From an uncultured bacterium (GTDB taxonomy: Bacteria; Krumholzibacteriota; Krumholzibacteriia; Krumholzibacteriales; Krumholzibacteriaceae), in NCBI GenBank assembly GCA_965371515.1, contig CBDUYR010000018.1:1-53978 (forward strand): a stretch of DNA of 53,978 nucleotides. Reading direction: 5' to 3'. A program made the position numbers and the translations under genes. Shown one piece after another: positions 48,357 through 53,978 of the stretch (positions are counted from its first letter, which is position 1; every line of letters begins with the position of its first letter). Below the pieces are notes generated by a model. The model saw nothing but the letters and a program-made list of their open reading frames with translations. It was not told the origin of the DNA and ran no database searches.

Positions 48357-49406
48357 TTACGGCGCCATTCCCACTTCAATCGATTCGTCTTCCGGCTGGA
48401 AGAAGGGCTCGCCGGAAACGCCGGACACCCTCGCCACCCACCACAGGGACGCGACTCTGTTGTAGATGTCCTGGCTGCTCCGGACGAAATACTCCTCCGT
48501 TTCCTGATCGTATCTCATGACATAGACGCCGGCGTCCCGGAGCTCCCTGCGGAATTTGATCGTGTCTCCCTCGAGAGAGAGCACGTAGAACTTTGTGTTC
48601 CTTCCCCCGGGCACGATCTTGTAGTCGGGGTAGAACTCGCCGGCCCATCTTATCTCGTTGTCCAGCATCAGGTCGAGGATATCGGAGGCGGTCATCCCCA
48701 CGAGGAATGCGGTGCGGCCGACAGGCCCGTAGTATCTCACATCAGTGATCCTGTCCTCGAACCTGTAGAGAAACTCTTCCCATCCCATCTCATCCTGGGT
48801 CTGGATGATCGTGATCATCATAGACCCGCCGAGCCCTTTCTTTTCGAGGTTCTTCAGCCTGATCAGGTAGAACTCGCCTATCTCCCAGGGAAGGATGGGG
48901 CCGAAGGGGAGGTTTATATCGTAGAGTTCGCCGTCTAAGAGCTCGGGCAGGCATATGGGATAATACCTGTACATTCTCGGATAGATGATCTGCACGTTGC
49001 AAATATTTGTGATGTGCGTGTCGTGGTAATGGATATGGGGAATAGGCGGCGGTGTGTGGTGATCGCCGGGAATCACCGGCGTGACGGGATCGCCAGGCCA
49101 CCTGTATTTCTTTTCACCCTTCTTCCCGGGATACTTTCTGCGGGGCGGAACACGCCTCCAGCCGCTCTCCGGACCGTCATCGTGCCTGCGCGGCGGGCGC
49201 TCTATTGTGGTTCCACCGTCACGCTGAGCCTCGTCCAGTTGCATTTCCTTTGTTCCGGACGGCTGTTGCCTTTTGTCCCTGGTCTCCGCCGGCCTGTCCC
49301 TGGCTGCCGCGTCATCGGGCATAACGGCAGATATCAGAAAAACGGACAGGGTGAAAATCGATAATGCAGGGGCGAAAAAACCGGCGGGAAGATTCGAGCG
49401 TCTCAT
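48357..49406 (-). CDS. Exported hypothetical protein: Pro/Arg/His-rich linker plus S8-propeptide-like C-terminal region
   Basis: Signal-like N-terminus; low-complexity region; GPILPW...IIQ...Y.P...AFLV.M...IRWAGEFYPDYKI pattern. Confidence 0.6.
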   Translation of the reverse strand: MRRSNLPAGFFAPALSIFTLSVFLISAVMPDDAAARDRPAETRDKRQQPSGTKEMQLDEAQRDGGTTIERPPRRHDDGPESGWRRVPPRRKYPGKKGEKKYRWPGDPVTPVIPGDHHTPPPIPHIHYHDTHITNICNVQIIYPRMYRYYPICLPELLDGELYDINLPFGPILPWEIGEFYLIRLKNLEKKGLGGSMMITIIQTQDEMGWEEFLYRFEDRITDVRYYGPVGRTAFLVGMTASDILDLMLDNEIRWAGEFYPDYKIVPGGRNTKFYVLSLEGDTIKFRRELRDAGVYVMRYDQETEEYFVRSSQDIYNRVASLWWVARVSGVSGEPFFQPEDESIEVGMAP

Positions 49407-49516
49407 GGCACCCCCCCAAGTCTGGTCCGACAATGTAGTTACAGGTTACATATATATTATACTCAAAACCGCCGCCGCGCGCACACTCAATCTGCCCCTC
49501 GCCGGGCGTAAATTGT

Positions 49517-49532
49517 TGACAGTGAGTGTCAT
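49517..49532. promoter_or_regulatory. TTGACA -35 box inside a palindrome upstream of iscS
   Basis: TGACA-GTGAG-TGTCA in the AT-rich divergent intergenic region. Confidence 0.4.
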
Positions 49533-49682
49533 TTTTCTTTTCTTTACATGGGGCTCGCAGTAAATTATTTCTACTTATTACCGATCTCGCTTATGTAATG
49601 CACCGAATCGATCGGAAGGGGTGTTTCCGACAGGAGCGGACGTGCCGACGGCTCGCCCGGAAACAGACAGGACGGTTATCAT

Positions 49683-50861
49683 ATGAACGAACGTAAAGAG
49701 ATATATCTCGACCACGTCGCCGCCTCGCCGGTGAGGAAAGAGGCGCTCGAGACTATGATCCCCCTTCTCGAGGACGGCTTCGGCAATCCGCAGAGCGTAA
49801 CCACGCGCGGCCAGCGGGCCGCCGAGGTCCTCGCACACGCGAGGGAACAGGTCGCTTCACTCGTCGGCATGTCTCCGTACGACGTGATATTCACGTCGAC
49901 CGGCTCGGAATCGAACAACATGGCGCTGAAAGGTATCGCCAGGGGCCGCGCGAACAAGTCGAAGCGCGTCATCATCTCCGCCGTGGAGCATCATTCTATA
50001 ATGGCGCCGGCTAAGGCGCTCGAGAAGGAGGGGTTCGAGATCGTGACCCTTCCGGTCGATGTACACGGCCTCGTCGATCCGGCCGGCCTGAAAAAAGCGC
50101 TGGAGGACGGCGCGGCAATCGTTTCGATAATCCATGCCAGTACCGAGGTCGGCACGATACAGCCGGTCGAGGAACTGGCCGCCGCCTGCAAAGAAGCTGG
50201 TGTCCCGTTTCACACCGACTCGTGGGGCGCCGCGGGAATGATCGAGACAGACATGAAGAAGATCGGCGCCGGCGCGATGACGATCGCGGCGCAGAACTTC
50301 GGCGGACCTCCAGGCGCGGCCGCGCTGATCCTCGGAAAGGGATTCCCGATGAGACCGGTGATCCAGGGCGGTGTCCAGGAGAGGAGCCTTCGGGCGGGCC
50401 AGGAGAATATACCGGCAATTGCCGGCATGGGAAAAGCCGCGGAGCTCGCCAACGCGGAACTCGCCGACAGGGCGGCGCGCCTGATCCCGATCAGGAACGC
50501 GTTGATCGAAAAACTCCCCGCGGCCATCCCCGACGTGATCGCGACCGGTCACGCGGAGAAGCGTCTTCCCGGGCACGCATCCTTCTGTGTGAAATACATA
50601 GAGGGGGAAGGGCTCCTTCTCTTCCTCGACCACAACGGCATCATGGCCGCGAGTGGATCGGCCTGCACATCGAAGGCGCTCAAGGGAAGCCACGTTCTCG
50701 AAGCGATGGGGTACGACGCCGCAACGGCTCAGGGATCGATAGTATTCACGCTCGGCGACTCGAACACGATCGGGAACGTCGACACCGTAATAGACGAGAT
50801 GAAACCGGTCGTCTCGCGCCTTCGCGAGATGTCCCCTATCTATAACAAGGACAATGACTGA
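49683..50861 (+). CDS. iscS: IscS/NifS-family protein lacking the PLP-binding lysine
   Basis: IYLDH.A, FGNP.S, FTS.G.ESNN, EHHS, EVGTIQP, SGSACTS (C328); the SxHK motif reads AAQN. Confidence 0.9.
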   Translation: MNERKEIYLDHVAASPVRKEALETMIPLLEDGFGNPQSVTTRGQRAAEVLAHAREQVASLVGMSPYDVIFTSTGSESNNMALKGIARGRANKSKRVIISAVEHHSIMAPAKALEKEGFEIVTLPVDVHGLVDPAGLKKALEDGAAIVSIIHASTEVGTIQPVEELAAACKEAGVPFHTDSWGAAGMIETDMKKIGAGAMTIAAQNFGGPPGAAALILGKGFPMRPVIQGGVQERSLRAGQENIPAIAGMGKAAELANAELADRAARLIPIRNALIEKLPAAIPDVIATGHAEKRLPGHASFCVKYIEGEGLLLFLDHNGIMAASGSACTSKALKGSHVLEAMGYDAATAQGSIVFTLGDSNTIGNVDTVIDEMKPVVSRLREMSPIYNKDND

Positions 50862-50874
50862 CGGGAGAAGAACA

Positions 50875-51465
50875 ATGCCAATGTACAGCGACAAGGTGAT
50901 GGACCATTTCATGAAGCCGCGCAATGTCGGCGAGATAGAGAATCCCGATGGCATGGGCGAGATCGGCAACCCGACCTGCGGAGACATGATGACCTTCATG
51001 ATCACAGTGAAGGACGACAGGCTCGCCGACGTCAAGTTCAAGACCTTCGGCTGCGGGGCCGCAATCGCCGTCTCGAGCATGGTGAGCGAGATGGCGACGG
51101 GAAAGACCCTCGACGAGGCGATGGAGATCACGAACGAGATGGTCGCCGAGGAACTCGGCGGGCTTCCCAGGAACAAGATGCACTGCTCGAACCTCGGGGC
51201 CGACGCGCTCCACGCGGCGATAGAGGACTACCGCAAGAGGAAGGATACGGGCGAGCCCGCCCCGAAGCCTCACGCCCACAAGAGCGACATGCACGGGCAG
51301 ACCTGCCCGTTCTGCGACTCGGACGTCGAGGAGACGTATCCGTTCTGCGCCTCGTGCAAGACGGAGCTGCTCGACTGCCCGGAGTGCGGCAAGGTCGTCT
51401 CGAGTTCGCTCGAGGAGTGCCCGCACTGCGGCTGCGCCCTGGGCGGCGAAAAAAAGAAGGACTGA
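50875..51465 (+). CDS. iscU: IscU/NifU-N Fe-S scaffold with C-terminal double zinc ribbon
   Basis: YSDKVMDHF..PRNVG, GNPTCGD, FKTFGCGAAIA, K.HCSNL; tail CPFC, CASC, CPEC, CPHC. Confidence 0.93.
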   Translation: MPMYSDKVMDHFMKPRNVGEIENPDGMGEIGNPTCGDMMTFMITVKDDRLADVKFKTFGCGAAIAVSSMVSEMATGKTLDEAMEITNEMVAEELGGLPRNKMHCSNLGADALHAAIEDYRKRKDTGEPAPKPHAHKSDMHGQTCPFCDSDVEETYPFCASCKTELLDCPECGKVVSSSLEECPHCGCALGGEKKKD

Positions 51466-51484
51466 GCGAGGAGTTGATCGATCC

Positions 51485-52396
51485 ATGCCGGCCAGTGAAC
51501 TGATCGAGAAGATACTCCGGCTGAAGGAGGAGCGGGGCGCAGTCATCCTCGCCCACAACTATCAGCCGCCTGAGATCCAGGACATCGCCGACCACCTCGG
51601 TGATTCACTCGACTTGAGCCGCCTCGCGATGCGGCTGCAAGAGGAGATCATCATCTTCTGCGGCGTCCATTTCATGGCCGAGACCGCCGCGATACTTTCC
51701 CCCGGCAAGAAGGTGATCCTTCCCGACCCGAATGCAGGCTGCCCGATGGCCGACATGATCGACGCCGATCAGCTGCGCGAACTACAGGAGAAGCACCCCG
51801 GCGCCGTCACGGTGATGTACGTCAACTCGACCGCCGAAGTGAAGGCGCTTACCGACATATGCTGCACGTCGGCCAATTCCCTGGCTGTGATAGAATCGAT
51901 ACCCGAGGAAAAGAAGATAATTTTCGGGCCCGACCAGTATCTCGGCGGCTGGGTCTCGGTGCAGACCGGCAGGAGCATGATCCTGTGGAACGGCTTCTGC
52001 CCGTCTCACCAGAAGATCATGCCGGAGGAGATCAGGGAGCTGAGGGAGAAATACCCCGGCGCGGTCGTCATGGTGCATCCCGAGGTCAACCCCGCGATAG
52101 AGGCGGAGTCGGACATCGCCCTTGGAACCGGATCGATGATAAAATTCGCCGGCGAGAGCGACGCCATGACGTTTATCGTAGGGACCGAGGTCGGTATGTG
52201 CTACCGCCTCGAGAAACTCTACCCGGAAAAGACGTTCATCCCCGCCTCGCCGAACGCGATCTGCCCCAACATGAAGAAGATCTCGCTCGAGAAGATCCTC
52301 GCTTCGCTCGAGGACCTCGAACCGGTGATCACAGTTCCAGAGGAGACGGCCGACGCTGCGCGATCGGCTATCGAGCAGATGATCGAGATCTGCTGA
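51485..52396 (+). CDS. nadA: Quinolinate synthase
   Basis: ILAHNYQ, GDSL.L, FCGVHFMAE, GCPMA, YVNS, CTSAN, CPSH, HPE and CPNMK motifs. Confidence 0.97.
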   Translation: MPASELIEKILRLKEERGAVILAHNYQPPEIQDIADHLGDSLDLSRLAMRLQEEIIIFCGVHFMAETAAILSPGKKVILPDPNAGCPMADMIDADQLRELQEKHPGAVTVMYVNSTAEVKALTDICCTSANSLAVIESIPEEKKIIFGPDQYLGGWVSVQTGRSMILWNGFCPSHQKIMPEEIRELREKYPGAVVMVHPEVNPAIEAESDIALGTGSMIKFAGESDAMTFIVGTEVGMCYRLEKLYPEKTFIPASPNAICPNMKKISLEKILASLEDLEPVITVPEETADAARSAIEQMIEIC

Positions 52397-52409
52397 CGGC
52401 GGCTTGTAC

Positions 52410-53930
52410 ATGACTGTGCCAGGCTCACCGAAAAAATTCTTTCTCGCCGCCTTCGCGGCGCTCATCATCTTCCATGCCATCGCGGTCTCGAGCTCGAGGC
52501 TCCTCCCCTTCACCGACCTTCCCAACCATCTCGCCTCATCGACTATCGCACGACACTACGGCGAGCCGGGCAACGAATTCTCCAGATACTACAGCGTCGA
52601 CCTCTTCCCCAGGCCGAATGTGCTCCACATCGTCTTCTGCTCCCTGAAGATCTTTCCCTCCGTCGAAACGGCGAACAGGGCGTGGTATTTTCTCTATGCG
52701 CTGCTGCTGCCTCTGTCGGCGCTCCTTCTGACCAGACGGCTCGGCGGCGTGCTCTGGCCCTCGGTTTTTTCGCTTCTTCTGCTGTACAACTACTCGGTCA
52801 CCTGGGGCTTCTCCGGGTACACGATGGCCGTGCCGCTCGTCCTGCTCTCGGCTTGGGCCTCCGCCGGAATGGCGATGAAGGGCGGCGCGCGCCTCGCGGC
52901 CGCCAGTGTCTTTCTCCTGCTTCTCACCTTCTTCGCCCACGCGCTTGCCGCCCTCTTCGCGATCGCGCTGCATCTCGCTTTCATGGCCGGCTCGGGGAAT
53001 GCCCGTCCCGCCCGAAAGGCGGCCCGGTGCCTTGCGGCGCTGCCCGCCCTTGCGATGCTCGCCGCGTGGTGGCTGTACGGAAGGTCATTCTGGTTCGGCC
53101 AGAGCACTTCGGATCATCTTGCCGGCTATTATTCGGGAGCGTTCTTCACAACCTTCGCGAACAGGTGGAAGCTTCTCTTCATCGACAACTACACTCTCTT
53201 TGACGGGGCGGCGGGAATAATCGTCGGTACGGCATTCTCCCTCGCCATCATTTCCGCGGCACTGATTCCGCTGGTCTCGAAGCGGCGCGGCAGATCCGCG
53301 GGAACGGGCGGGATGAGATACGCACTGATCCTGCTTGCCCTCTCGCTCGCCTGCTACCTCTTCCTGCCGAAGGGGATCCCCGGCCAGGAGATCCTCTCGC
53401 AGAGGTTCTCCGTCTTCGTCCTGCTCTCTCTCACAGTAGTCGCCGGCGTCGCATGGAAGGACCGGGCGGTTCGGCTCATTCCGGCTGCGGCCGTTGCGGT
53501 CTGCGTCGTCCACCTGTTTCTCTGGTGGAATAACTTCCATCTCTTCAACCGTGAAAACGAATGCTTTACTCCCGCCTTCTTTCCCGACAGCGGAAAGGGG
53601 AAGATCCTCTCGGGCATGATCTACGACTACAGATGGCGCGGACGGCCTTCATACATCCATTACCCCGGATACTACATCACCTGGAAGAAGGGGATCGCCA
53701 CGACGGGCGTCGTCGGATACAGGTTCGGCGCGGTCAGGAGAAAGGCCTCCCTCGCCGTTCTTCCCCACTACCTCGAGTGGATCGGAAGGGATGGCAGATA
53801 CGACGGCCGCTACGATCACCTCGAATACCTGCTCGTGCGCGGCGACGCCCCTGCCGGACGCGAAAGCGAGACCGAAGGCTTTGTTCCGGTCCGTTCCGCA
53901 GGCAAGTGGCTCATCCTCAAAAACAATTGA
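52410..53930 (+). CDS. Polytopic membrane protein, possibly a GT-C-fold glycosyltransferase
   Basis: About 11-13 hydrophobic segments; P.TDLPNH loop after TM1; soluble C-terminal domain. Confidence 0.55.
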   Translation: MTVPGSPKKFFLAAFAALIIFHAIAVSSSRLLPFTDLPNHLASSTIARHYGEPGNEFSRYYSVDLFPRPNVLHIVFCSLKIFPSVETANRAWYFLYALLLPLSALLLTRRLGGVLWPSVFSLLLLYNYSVTWGFSGYTMAVPLVLLSAWASAGMAMKGGARLAAASVFLLLLTFFAHALAALFAIALHLAFMAGSGNARPARKAARCLAALPALAMLAAWWLYGRSFWFGQSTSDHLAGYYSGAFFTTFANRWKLLFIDNYTLFDGAAGIIVGTAFSLAIISAALIPLVSKRRGRSAGTGGMRYALILLALSLACYLFLPKGIPGQEILSQRFSVFVLLSLTVVAGVAWKDRAVRLIPAAAVAVCVVHLFLWWNNFHLFNRENECFTPAFFPDSGKGKILSGMIYDYRWRGRPSYIHYPGYYITWKKGIATTGVVGYRFGAVRRKASLAVLPHYLEWIGRDGRYDGRYDHLEYLLVRGDAPAGRESETEGFVPVRSAGKWLILKNN

Positions 53931-53978
53931 CACAAAGCGCCGTTATACACGAACCTCTGTGTCGAAAATTACGTTCCG

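Noticed and set aside
49560..49682. Known NAD+ (nadA motif) or SAM riboswitch
   Set aside because: I could not match the conserved cores by eye; kept only as an unassigned structured leader

Overview
A gene-dense, GC-rich (roughly 60% by eye) chromosomal window from an anaerobic, probably diderm bacterium. A FlgD-Ig/T9SS-like C-terminal domain and a C-terminal TWGAIK motif suggest an FCB-allied candidate lineage such as Krumholzibacteriota or Latescibacterota (inference). I saw no rRNA, tRNA, CRISPR array or mobile element. Contents in order: glgC; an M16 peptidase pair; a secreted BNR/LamG protein; an M1 peptidase-barrel; a citDE-citF-pckA-heparinase-like operon; pyk; an Fe-S aldo/keto reductase; a TAT-less reductive-dehalogenase-like gene divergent from iorAB; an 18-gene group 4 [NiFe]-hydrogenase/Mrp operon; tlpA; a phosphoesterase; and iscS-iscU-nadA. 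Highlights: (1) two selenoproteins split by the ORF track at in-frame TGA codons, each followed by a SECIS-like hairpin (a DUF1573 protein with U-G-C next to a TlpA redoxin, and a DUF3179 lipoprotein); (2) the hydrogenase has an intact NiFe site, two antiporter-like subunits and an AsrAB/HydBG-type NAD(P)H module plus a molybdopterin-fold subunit that appears catalytically empty; (3) a CitD-CitE fusion whose ACP domain lacks the prosthetic-group serine; (4) an IscS lacking the PLP lysine; (5) a candidate sigma54-driven structured RNA or attenuator upstream of the cit operon. All family calls come from motif recognition by eye; no searches were run.
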